Shown here piece by piece: positions 54,837 through 63,109 of a DNA stretch of 64,000 bases. A program made the translations under genes and the position numbers. The stretch is taken from NCBI GenBank assembly GCA_964629675.1, contig CAZVUG010000009.1:17523-81522 (forward strand). The letters run 5' to 3'. Under the pieces are notes generated by a model. That model was not told the origin of the DNA, ran no database searches, and worked only from the letters and a program-made list of their open reading frames with translations. The stretch comes from an uncultured Candidatus Saccharibacteria bacterium. Lineage in GTDB: Bacteria; Patescibacteriota; Minisyncoccia; Portnoybacterales; UBA2143. The first letter of the stretch is position 1. The number at the start of each line of letters is the position of its first letter.

Positions 54837-55238
54837 TTAAACAGCCGGATTTTCCCCTAAAATTTCTTCAACCTTATTAACAATTTCTTCCGGAGTAAAA
54901 TGAGCTTTAATTAAATAATCTGTCGCTCCTAAGCTAAGGCCTTGTTCTACTTCTTCTTTTTGACCTAAGTTACTTAAGATAATTACCGGGATATTTGTTA
55001 AATTTTCATCTTTTTTAATTTCTTGCAAAACCTCAAACCCATCTATCCCCGGCAAGACTAAATCTAACAAGATTAGTCTCGGAGTCTTTTCTTTAACTTT
55101 TTTAAGAGCTTCCTTACCGCTGATAGCTGCTTCTGTTTTGTAGCCACTGTCTTCTAATTTGCGGATTAAAAGCTCTCGCAAAAATTTATCATCTTCGACT
55201 ATTAAAATTAAATCATTATTTTGTTGATTATTCTCCAT
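54837..55238 (-). CDS. Single-domain response regulator (CheY-like receiver)
   Basis: ILIVEDD, LILLDLVLPGIDG (phospho-acceptor Asp), PVIILSN, KAHF. No output domain. Confidence 0.85.
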   Translation of the reverse strand: MENNQQNNDLILIVEDDKFLRELLIRKLEDSGYKTEAAISGKEALKKVKEKTPRLILLDLVLPGIDGFEVLQEIKKDENLTNIPVIILSNLGQKEEVEQGLSLGATDYLIKAHFTPEEIVNKVEEILGENPAV

Positions 55239-55320
55239 ATAAAAATGACTTACTGCAAAATTGCAAATAAATTATATAAACTATGTAATTTTTTTGCTCT
55301 ATTGCGTATCTAATTTAGAA

Positions 55321-55686
55321 TTAGCCCAATTGCTTTTTTACTTTTCCCATAACTTCTTCAGCAGTAAAATCAGTTTTAATCAGCCAATCCTTAGCGCCTA
55401 ATTTTTTAGCCCTATCTAATTCAACTGGCTGGCCAGAATTAGAGATAATAATAATGGGGACATCTTTTAGGTATTTATCTTGGCTAATTTCTTCCATAAC
55501 CTCAAAACCGCCCATTTTTGGCATAACAATATCTAAAAGAATTAAATCAGGTTTATTCTCCTTAGCTTTGACTAAACCCTCTTGCCCATCTTTAGCTATC
55601 TCTACCTGATAATTTTCTTGGCTTAATTTATTCTGAAGAAGATTAAGAAGGATCTCTTCGTCCTCAATAATAAGTATGCTTTTCAT
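55321..55686 (-). CDS. Single-domain response regulator (CheY-like receiver)
   Basis: ILIIEDE, LILLDIVMPKMGG, PIIIISN, IKTDF. No output domain. Confidence 0.85.
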   Translation of the reverse strand: MKSILIIEDEEILLNLLQNKLSQENYQVEIAKDGQEGLVKAKENKPDLILLDIVMPKMGGFEVMEEISQDKYLKDVPIIIISNSGQPVELDRAKKLGAKDWLIKTDFTAEEVMGKVKKQLG

Positions 55687-55711
55687 ATTATTTTTACTTT
55701 TACTATTAATT

Positions 55712-56569
55712 TTACTCTATTCTCATACCAAAAGCTTTATAAGCTAAAATTGCTCCGATGCCATAACCTATTCTAGCATAAACAGGCGAGAGAAAGATAC
55801 AGGCAATAGCTGAAGCTAATAGAAGAGACATTCCCAAGCCATACAAAATAGCTTTGCCTATTCTTCTTTTGTCTTGAGCAATTAATATTGATAATAACAA
55901 TAAAATAACGCCAGCCAAAGTCATTGCCCAATAGATTTCATTTGCAAGAGAAAATGTCCCTGGTTTAGAAAATCCAGCAATACCAAAATGAGTTAAGACA
56001 GGAATCAAGGTCCCTAGCCAAAAAGCTTTTCTCCGGCTTTCTAGATAAAAAGCATTATATAAGAAAATTCCTAGAATAATAGCTGAGCCTAAAAAGAAAC
56101 TGTACATTAAAACTGAATTCATCCAGCTCCATTCATAAGGACGGCTAGTCATAAAAAACTTGAACGGTTCTAAAGGAGCGTAATGCTCTCGGGCAATTTT
56201 AGGGAAAAACCCAGTACCGATAGCGTTAAGCGAAAGTATCCCCAAAACAAAAGGAGCCGTAATTTTAGTAAATGTTCTTGGAGCAAATTCTTTGTAAACG
56301 AACCAAACCAATAAAACGCAACCGCTAAAATGAACTAAAGTCCCGATGTTATAAATAATGCCATCTAGAGCAAGCATGGTTTCCCTAGGCTCAAACTGTA
56401 AAAGAACGCTTCTGATTCCATAAGAAAAAATTCCAAAAGCTGACATGAGCAAACCCCAGACTAAATATTTGCCAGAAGCAAAACTACTTTCTTTTGTTCT
56501 TTGTCTGACTTTTAAGCCAACCCAAAGCAAAACAATAACATCAAAAACTATAACAGCTAAAGTAAACAT
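55712..56569 (-). CDS. Polytopic (about 8 TM) membrane protein, hypothetical, within the signalling operon
   Basis: ORF track; hydrophobic helices throughout; no motif recognised. 37 nt after the kinase stop. Confidence 0.5.
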   Translation of the reverse strand: MFTLAVIVFDVIVLLWVGLKVRQRTKESSFASGKYLVWGLLMSAFGIFSYGIRSVLLQFEPRETMLALDGIIYNIGTLVHFSGCVLLVWFVYKEFAPRTFTKITAPFVLGILSLNAIGTGFFPKIAREHYAPLEPFKFFMTSRPYEWSWMNSVLMYSFFLGSAIILGIFLYNAFYLESRRKAFWLGTLIPVLTHFGIAGFSKPGTFSLANEIYWAMTLAGVILLLLSILIAQDKRRIGKAILYGLGMSLLLASAIACIFLSPVYARIGYGIGAILAYKAFGMRIE

Positions 56570-56606
56570 AAATTAAATATTATTTATTTCTCGACCTTTT
56601 GCTATT

Positions 56607-58199
56607 TTAAAATTTTCTTAAGAATTTTTCAAATTTCTTTCCGGTTGGTAACGCGAAAAAGAAAGTAGATCCTTTGCCTTTCTTTGATTCGAACCAAATT
56701 CTACCGCCATGCGCTTCAATAATATTCTTACAGATAAAAAGACCTAAACCCGAACCTTCTGTTTCTGATTTAATAGCATTGTCAGCCCTAAAAAATTTAC
56801 TAAAGATTCTTTCACGCTGATCTTCAGGAATGCCAATACCAGTATCTTCAATAATTACTTTAATATTTATTTTATCATTTTTAACAGAAATTGTCACCTT
56901 GCCTTTTTCTGGAGTATAACTAATGGCATTTCCAATAATATTGCTTAAAACTAGTTCTATTTTTTTGCGGTCAATTTCTATTTTAGGTAAATCTTTTCTA
57001 GATTTTTTAAAAATCAGCTTTATCTCTTTCCTCTGAGCCACTTTTTTTAGCTGAGTTATTTGTTCATTGATTATTTCTTCCAAAGAGCAAGCTTCTTTGT
57101 CGTAAACAAAACGCCCCTCTTCTAAACGGGCCACGCTTAAAAGATCATTTACTAAAGTAATCATTCTTTCGTTGCTTTCATATCCTTTTTCTAAAAATTC
57201 TGCCTGCCTAGGAGAAATCTTGCCTAAATCTCCATCTAAAATCATTTTTAAAGTCCATTTTATTCCAGACAATGGCGTCCTTAGTTGGTGTGCGGCGATA
57301 GAGACAAATTCAGTTTTCATCCGGTTTATTTCTTTCTGCCTAGTAATATCATGAAAGACAATCATTAAACCAATTAGTTCTTCCTTTTCAATAATGACCG
57401 GATTGACTGAAACCTGGAAAAATCTTTTTAATGGCTCCTTGAAAACTATTTCCGACAGCCGGCCTGTCCATTTAAGATCTTTTCCTAAAACATCATAAAG
57501 CTTTTTGATGCGAGGCGCATCTTTAATTTCGGGCATACTTTTACCGATAACATCTTCTTCAGAAACGTTGAGAATCCGGCGAGCGCTAGAATTTATTAAT
57601 TTAATTTTTTTATCTTTGCCAAAAAGAATAATTCCGTCGTCAATACTGACTAAAGCTGCTTTAGTTTTAGCTTCTTCTTCTTTAGCTTTATGTCTTGCTT
57701 TTTCAGTTTCTTTGAGATTATTTTCTAATTCTTCACGGGCATTTTCTAATGCCTGCGTTCTTTCTTTAACTTTTTTCTCCAATTTTTCCTGGAATTTTTT
57801 AATTTCCGTTAAATCAGAAACAGCTAAAAAATACCCAATAACACTACCCCGTAAATCTTTTCTGGCAGCAACAGAAATATTGATTGGAACTTTTCCTCCG
57901 TTCTTTTTAACTAAAAAAATTTCCTGGTTTTTAACCAAGCCTTCAGTATAAGTCCTGTCGATAATTCCCCAAATTTTCTTGCTGTCTGCGAAAAGAGACT
58001 CTACTTTTTTACCGACAATTTCTGATTCTGAATATCCAGAAAAATTCTTAAATTCTTTGTTAACATCAATAATAATGCCTGGCGGGTTAATCATGCCAAT
58101 TGGCATAGGCAAAAATTTCGAAAATTCATCGATATATTCTTCTAAGCTTCTTAAATCCTCTTTGAGCTCTTTGATTAAAAATTCATTTTCGTTAATCAT
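56607..58199 (-). CDS. Soluble sensor histidine kinase (PAS-PAS-HisKA-HATPase_c)
   Basis: Two PAS-like segments, H-box FVSIAAHQLRTPLSGI, N-box SNIIGNAISYTP, G-boxes EDTGIGIP and GSGLGLFICKNIIEAHGG. No TM segment. Confidence 0.88.
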   Translation of the reverse strand: MINENEFLIKELKEDLRSLEEYIDEFSKFLPMPIGMINPPGIIIDVNKEFKNFSGYSESEIVGKKVESLFADSKKIWGIIDRTYTEGLVKNQEIFLVKKNGGKVPINISVAARKDLRGSVIGYFLAVSDLTEIKKFQEKLEKKVKERTQALENAREELENNLKETEKARHKAKEEEAKTKAALVSIDDGIILFGKDKKIKLINSSARRILNVSEEDVIGKSMPEIKDAPRIKKLYDVLGKDLKWTGRLSEIVFKEPLKRFFQVSVNPVIIEKEELIGLMIVFHDITRQKEINRMKTEFVSIAAHQLRTPLSGIKWTLKMILDGDLGKISPRQAEFLEKGYESNERMITLVNDLLSVARLEEGRFVYDKEACSLEEIINEQITQLKKVAQRKEIKLIFKKSRKDLPKIEIDRKKIELVLSNIIGNAISYTPEKGKVTISVKNDKINIKVIIEDTGIGIPEDQRERIFSKFFRADNAIKSETEGSGLGLFICKNIIEAHGGRIWFESKKGKGSTFFFALPTGKKFEKFLRKF

Positions 58200-58304
58200 T
58201 ATCTATTCCCATTTAATAAGAAATTCATGATAAGGATCGCCTTTAAATATGCATTTAGTTTCCTCTAGGGTAATTTTAGAAGTCACTATAGCTAATTTAG
58301 CAAT

Positions 58305-58802
58305 TTACTTGAAATAACCCCTTAAATAACTACAGAGATAAGGATGACCCTTAAAATCTGTTAGCTGAAGAATTACCTTTTTCTCCTTGGTATTAATTTC
58401 GGTTGCCTTAAGTTTGCCTATTGAATAATGTTTTTGCCAATACTTAGCACTTTCGGCAAAAGACTTTTCCATTGAGACAAAATATCGCAGCAAAACTTTA
58501 ACAACAAAAGAATTTTTTGGCGCAGCCATACCCATATCGGCTATCTCTTTTTCTCCCCAAGTAAAAGTTTCTTGAATAATCAATAATGACAAGACTCGCC
58601 AGCTCAAAGGATACCAGCCAGTAGCGTCAATTTTATCTTGGTAAACTGAAGAACCAGTTATTTTTTTAAATTTAGCGTCAATTTTAGCTAAACCCTCCTG
58701 ACCTTTTGTGTCTAAAATATATTTTTTATCAGTACAAAAAACCACTCCCCTAACTTGCCCTTGTATTTTTTTAATTTGTTCAATTGTTTTTTCGTCTAGC
58801 AT
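58305..58802 (-). CDS. H-NOX/V4R/DUF2378-like putative ligand-binding protein, ended by an in-frame TAA (ancestral frame runs to 58203)
   Basis: The 165-aa ORF ends at TAA 58305-58307. The same frame continues IAKLAIVTSKITLEETKCIFKGDPYHEFLIKWE to TAG 58203-58205, 3 nt before the kinase ATG. ETKC..GD....F.I.W resembles the C-terminal motif of V4R-type domains. Confidence 0.45.
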   Translation of the reverse strand: MLDEKTIEQIKKIQGQVRGVVFCTDKKYILDTKGQEGLAKIDAKFKKITGSSVYQDKIDATGWYPLSWRVLSLLIIQETFTWGEKEIADMGMAAPKNSFVVKVLLRYFVSMEKSFAESAKYWQKHYSIGKLKATEINTKEKKVILQLTDFKGHPYLCSYLRGYFK

Positions 58803-58807
58803 AATTT

Positions 58808-59683
58808 TTAAATTAGCGAATTGATTCTTTTAAGCAAAGTTTTAAATTGCATCTTTTCTAATAATTTTACCACTTTTGCCTGATTGAATCCATGCCAGCG
58901 GCATTGTTCTAGATTAAAAATAATTGGAACATCTTTTTTAATTGAAACTAAACCATAGCTGAAAAAAGCTTTCTCTTTGTATTCCATTAGCCTTGCCTTA
59001 AGTTTTGGCTCAATATCTTGGTTGCCTAAATCTTGGTAAAGATTTTTTAAGCTGCCAAATTTTTTAATTAAATTAACAGCTGTTTTTTCGCCAATCCCAG
59101 GAACGCCAGGAATATTATCCGAAGGATCTCCTTTTAAAGCTTTTAAATCAATAATCTGCTCCGGGCTTATTTGGTAGCGTTTTTTTATCTCTTGCTGATT
59201 GTAAATTCTTGTCTCTTTCATGCCAGAAACCGGGCTATGTACTTCTGTCTGCTGGCTAGCTAATTGCAAAATATCTAAATCTCCGCTGACAATAATAATC
59301 TTTATTTCCTTTTCTGCTGCTTCAACTATTGTCACAATCGTTCCAATAACATCGTCTGCTTCAAAGCCTTTTTTTTGATAAATAGGGATAGACAAACTTC
59401 TTAAAAATTCTTTAATGATAGGAATCTGGTCGTAAAATTCCTGAGAAGGCTTTACCCTTTTTGCCTTATAGTCCTGATATTCTAAATTACGAAAAGTCGG
59501 CCCCTGAACATCGAAAGCAGCTGATAGATAATCCGGCTTCAAATCATTTATTATTTTAAAAAGAATATTTAAAAAGCCGTAAACTGCATTAACTATTTTC
59601 CCCTCCTTGTTTTTTAGCGGCGGCAAAGCGTGATAGGCGCGATGCATCAAGGCGTTTGCATCAAGGACAACTAATTTTTTCAT
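58808..59683 (-). CDS. Stand-alone 5'-3' exonuclease (Pol I N-terminal/FEN-like)
   Basis: LVVLDANALMHRAYHAL, FEADDVIGT, GDLDILQL and NIPGVPGIGEKTAVNLIKKFGS (H3TH) motifs. Confidence 0.85.
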   Translation of the reverse strand: MKKLVVLDANALMHRAYHALPPLKNKEGKIVNAVYGFLNILFKIINDLKPDYLSAAFDVQGPTFRNLEYQDYKAKRVKPSQEFYDQIPIIKEFLRSLSIPIYQKKGFEADDVIGTIVTIVEAAEKEIKIIIVSGDLDILQLASQQTEVHSPVSGMKETRIYNQQEIKKRYQISPEQIIDLKALKGDPSDNIPGVPGIGEKTAVNLIKKFGSLKNLYQDLGNQDIEPKLKARLMEYKEKAFFSYGLVSIKKDVPIIFNLEQCRWHGFNQAKVVKLLEKMQFKTLLKRINSLI

Positions 59684-60135
59684 TTTACTATAATTTTTCT
59701 TTCTTGAAGAGATAAATATTTAAAATTTACCCAGATTGAGTCCGTAGGAAAAATTTCTTTAATTTTTTCTGCCCATTCAACAAGAATAAGGTTGTTTTTA
59801 TCTAAAATCATTTCCGAGAAACCCAATTCTAAAATTTCTTTAGAGTCCTGGATTCGGTAACAATCTAAATGATAAAAATTTTTGAATCCAGCTCGAGAAC
59901 GGGGAATGTTGAATTTTTTTAAGATAACAAAACTTGGGCTGGTTATTTTCTGCTGAATACCTAATCCCTTGGCAAAACCTTGTGCAAAAGTAGTTTTACC
60001 GCCCCCCAGATCTCCGCTTAAACTAATTAACAACGCCCGGTTTTTGCTATTTATCGGTAACTCATTGATCTCTTCAGCTAAAAGTTCCCCGGCCTTCTGA
60101 GTTTCTTGATCTGTTTTGGTAATAATGTTTAACAT
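59680..60135 (-). CDS. tsaE: tRNA t6A biosynthesis ATPase TsaE
   Basis: LSGDLGGGKTTFAQGFAKGLG and HLDCYR motifs. Confidence 0.85.
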   Translation of the reverse strand: MLNIITKTDQETQKAGELLAEEINELPINSKNRALLISLSGDLGGGKTTFAQGFAKGLGIQQKITSPSFVILKKFNIPRSRAGFKNFYHLDCYRIQDSKEILELGFSEMILDKNNLILVEWAEKIKEIFPTDSIWVNFKYLSLQERKIIVK

Positions 60136-60193
60136 TTAATATTAATATCATATCACATTGACCAAGCCAATGAAATAGGATAAAATTTTAGTA

Positions 60194-61876
60194 ATGACCT
60201 CGACTTCTAAAACAAAAGAATTAGAGAATAAAATTTCTGGCCTTAGAAGAGGGCAAGAAGAAGATCAAGCTAAAAAATTAGCCCAAAAAACTAATTGCTC
60301 TTATTTAGATTTAAGCACTGTTCCTCTTAATTTAAAAGACTTAAAAATTATTCCTTTTCCGCAATCTAAAGAAGGAAGAATTTTAGCTATCAGAAAAGAC
60401 GGATCTGAACTTTATGTAGCTCTGGGAAATCCAGACAATCCAAAATCGCAAAAAATAATAAAAGAATTAGAGAAGAAAGGATTTAAATGCCATTTATTTG
60501 TTGTTTCTCAAAGCAACCTAGAGAATAGGCTTAAATATTATCAATTAACTTCTCGACAAGAGAACAAAGTTCCCCTTAATGATGTTTTTATCATTAATCA
60601 AGATGACTTGGTAAAATTCAAAAAATCATTTCAGACTATTAAAGATCTTGAAAAAACAATTAAAAAAATTTCAACTACTGAACTTTTAACAATAATTATG
60701 GCTGGTGCCATTAAAATGAATGCTTCTGATATTCATGTTGAACCGACTGAGCAAGGGATTAAAATTCGTTACCGTATTGACGGATTGCTTCAAGACATAG
60801 CTGTTTTCCCGGAAGAACAATACCGCTTTCTCATTTCGCGAATTAAAACTTTGGGAGAAATGATTCTGAATACTCACGATATCAGCCAAGATGGCCGATT
60901 CAGCGTCAAAATAAAAAAAGCCGGCAAATCAGACCAGCTTATTGATATCAGAGTATCTATTCTCCCTAGTGGATACGGTGAAAGTATTGTTATGAGACTG
61001 TTAGGTATGTCAGCCACTGAATTAGAATTAGAAAAATTAGGCATTCGCCCTGAATTAATGCAAATTTTCATTAAGCAGATCAGCAAACCTTACGGAATGA
61101 TCCTTAATACTGGACCAACCGGCTCCGGAAAAACAACAACTCTTTATGCCTGCCTTAATTATGTTAATAAGTCTGGCATAAAAATTATTACGGTCGAGAA
61201 TCCAATTGAGTATAAGCTAAAAGGAATTACTCAGACCCAAGTGAAACCAAAAGTAGGCTATACTTTTCCGGAATCCCTAAAAGCAATTGTCAGACAAGAT
61301 CCCGATATTTTGATGGTTGGCGAAATCAGGGACGGCGAAAGCGCTAAAATAGCGAGCGATTTTGCCTTAACAGGACATATTGTTTTTTCCACTTTACATA
61401 CCAATCAAGCTGCCGGAGCAATTCCCAGACTGCTTGATATGAAACTAAGCCCGTCTTCTCTTTCTTCTTCGCTCAATTTAGTTATTGCTCAAAGATTAGT
61501 TAGAAAGCTTTGCCCTAAATGTAAAAAAGCCTATCAGCCTTCTACAGAAAAAATTAAAATCATTGAGCAAGAGCTTTCAAAAATTCCAGCAAAAGCTAAA
61601 ATTAGCATACCAAAAAAAATATCCACTTTTTACAAAGCGGAAGGTTGCCGTCAATGCCACGGATTAGGTTATCAAGAGAGAGTCGGCATTTTTGAATTAT
61701 TGACTGTTGATGAAGAGATCAAAAAATTAATTATGAAGAAAGCGCCTGCTTTCGCCATCCAAGAGAAAGCCCAAGAGCAGGGAATGATTACTTTTGCCCA
61801 GGACGCTTTGCTAAAAGCTACCGAGGGGGTAACTAGCCTAGAAGAAGTCGAGAGAGTAATCGGCCCTTTGGGCTAA
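60194..61876 (+). CDS. pilB: Type II/IV secretion / type IV pilus assembly ATPase (GspE/PilB family)
   Basis: Walker A GPTGSGKTTT, ENPIEY Asp box, ILMVGEIRD Walker B, GHIVFSTLHTN His box, tetracysteine CPKC...CRQC. Confidence 0.88.
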   Translation: MTSTSKTKELENKISGLRRGQEEDQAKKLAQKTNCSYLDLSTVPLNLKDLKIIPFPQSKEGRILAIRKDGSELYVALGNPDNPKSQKIIKELEKKGFKCHLFVVSQSNLENRLKYYQLTSRQENKVPLNDVFIINQDDLVKFKKSFQTIKDLEKTIKKISTTELLTIIMAGAIKMNASDIHVEPTEQGIKIRYRIDGLLQDIAVFPEEQYRFLISRIKTLGEMILNTHDISQDGRFSVKIKKAGKSDQLIDIRVSILPSGYGESIVMRLLGMSATELELEKLGIRPELMQIFIKQISKPYGMILNTGPTGSGKTTTLYACLNYVNKSGIKIITVENPIEYKLKGITQTQVKPKVGYTFPESLKAIVRQDPDILMVGEIRDGESAKIASDFALTGHIVFSTLHTNQAAGAIPRLLDMKLSPSSLSSSLNLVIAQRLVRKLCPKCKKAYQPSTEKIKIIEQELSKIPAKAKISIPKKISTFYKAEGCRQCHGLGYQERVGIFELLTVDEEIKKLIMKKAPAFAIQEKAQEQGMITFAQDALLKATEGVTSLEEVERVIGPLG

Positions 61877-61889
61877 CATTCTAATAATC

Positions 61890-62027
61890 GCTAAGCTGTA
61901 GGCAATGACTCCCTGCCTGAGAACAGAGAGAAGAGATTTTCCGAGGAATATCTTCGCCAGAGCCAAGATATCCAAAAACTAAGATAAACCCCTTTCAACC
62001 ATAGAGGTTAATTGCCTACAGATTAGC
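61890..62027. repeat. 138-nt element closed by a 17-bp inverted repeat (candidate structured RNA or MITE-like element)
   Basis: gctaagctgtaggcaat (61890-61906) versus attgcctacagattagc (62011-62027), with one mismatch. Inner hairpins at 61909-61930 and 61945-61973. Confidence 0.4.
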
Positions 62028-62089
62028 AACTATTAAAAAAGAGCTTGAGAAACTCTTATTTATAAAGATAATAACAGATAGTTAAAAAA

Positions 62090-63109
62090 ATGTCAAGTGA
62101 AATTACCAACCCTCAAGAAGCTGGCGAAGACCATCGTTTAGATATGACCCTTCGACCTTTGCGCTTTGATGAGTATATTGGACAGCAAAAAGTTAAAGAC
62201 AATCTAAAGATTTTAATTGAAGCCGCCAAAAGAAGAGGCGAGGCTATTGATCACACCCTGCTATATGGCGGAGCCGGCCTAGGCAAAACCACTTTAGCTC
62301 ATATTATCGCCAAGGAAATGGAAACTAATATTAAAGTTACTTCCGGACCAGCTATTGAAAAGGTCGGCGATTTAGCTTCTATTCTAAGCAATTTGCAAAA
62401 TGGCGATGTCTTGTTCTGCGATGAAGTTCACCGAATTAACAGAACCGTTGAGGAAACCCTTTATCCAGCATTAGAAGATTTCTCTTTAGATATTATTATT
62501 GGCAAAGGGCCTTCGGCCCGTACTCTTCAATTAGAGCTACCTCATTTTACTTTCATTGGAGCTACCACCAGAACAGGCTTACTGTCTTCTCCTTTAAGAA
62601 GCCGTTTTGGCGCTAGCTATTGGTTGAATTTTTACGATCAAGAAGATATTGAAAAAATTATTGCCCGCTCAGCAAAAATCCTTAATGTTAGGATTAAAGA
62701 TGATCAAGCTTTAAAAATTATTGCCCGCTCTTCCCGCAGGACGCCACGAATCGCCAACCGCCTTCTCAAAAGAGTTCGAGACTATTCCCAAGTTAAAGCT
62801 GATGGAATAATTACCGAAAGAACCGCCCAAGAGGCATTAGCAATGCTAGAAATAGATAAATTCGGTTTAGAGTCAGCTGATCGCCATCTTTTAGAAATTA
62901 TTATTAGAAAATTTGACGGCGGGCCAGTCGGCATCCAGACATTAGCAGCAGCTACTAATGAAGAGAGGGACACCATTGAAGAGGTCTATGAACCTTACCT
63001 TCTAAGCATGGGCTTTTTGGCTCGCACCAACCGAGGTCGAGTAGCTACTGAAATAGCTTATCAGCATCTAGGAATAAAAGATAAACATGAGCAAAAAAAA
63101 TTATTTTAA
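62090..63109 (+). CDS. ruvB: Holliday junction branch migration helicase RuvB
   Basis: [12 protein letters not shown], Walker [33 protein letters not shown]. Confidence 0.95.
   Translation: MSSEITNPQEAGEDHRLDMTLRPLRFDEYIGQQKVKDNLKILIEAAKRRGEAIDHTLLYGGAGLGKTTLAHIIAKEMETNIKVTSGPAIEKVGDLASILSNLQNGDVLFCDEVHRINRTVEETLYPALEDFSLDIIIGKGPSARTLQLELPHFTFIGATTRTGLLSSPLRSRFGASYWLNFYDQEDIEKIIARSAKILNVRIKDDQALKIIARSSRRTPRIANRLLKRVRDYSQVKADGIITERTAQEALAMLEIDKFGLESADRHLLEIIIRKFDGGPVGIQTLAAATNEERDTIEEVYEPYLLSMGFLARTNRGRVATEIAYQHLGIKDKHEQKKLF

Noticed and set aside
57505-57951. Antisense ORFs inside long genes, for example 57505..57951 and 57979..58230 in the kinase, 15054..15440 and 15645..15971 in nrdJ, 16798..17139 in ftsZ, 17866..18219 in ftsA, 1735..2001, 12914..13117 and 41046..41381
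   Set aside because: All lie opposite genes with strong family motifs. They have Ser/Leu/Pro/Ile-rich low-complexity translations and no SD, as expected for chance ORFs antisense to coding sequence.
58305-58307. Possible genome-wide recoding of TAA, given in-frame TAAs at 58305-58307 and 11377-11379
   Set aside because: TAA is the ordinary terminator of many well-delimited genes here (pilin paralogs, htrA, rpmB, pth, pilB, ruvB and others), with proteins ending at expected positions. Two isolated cases fit nonsense mutation or sequencing error better.
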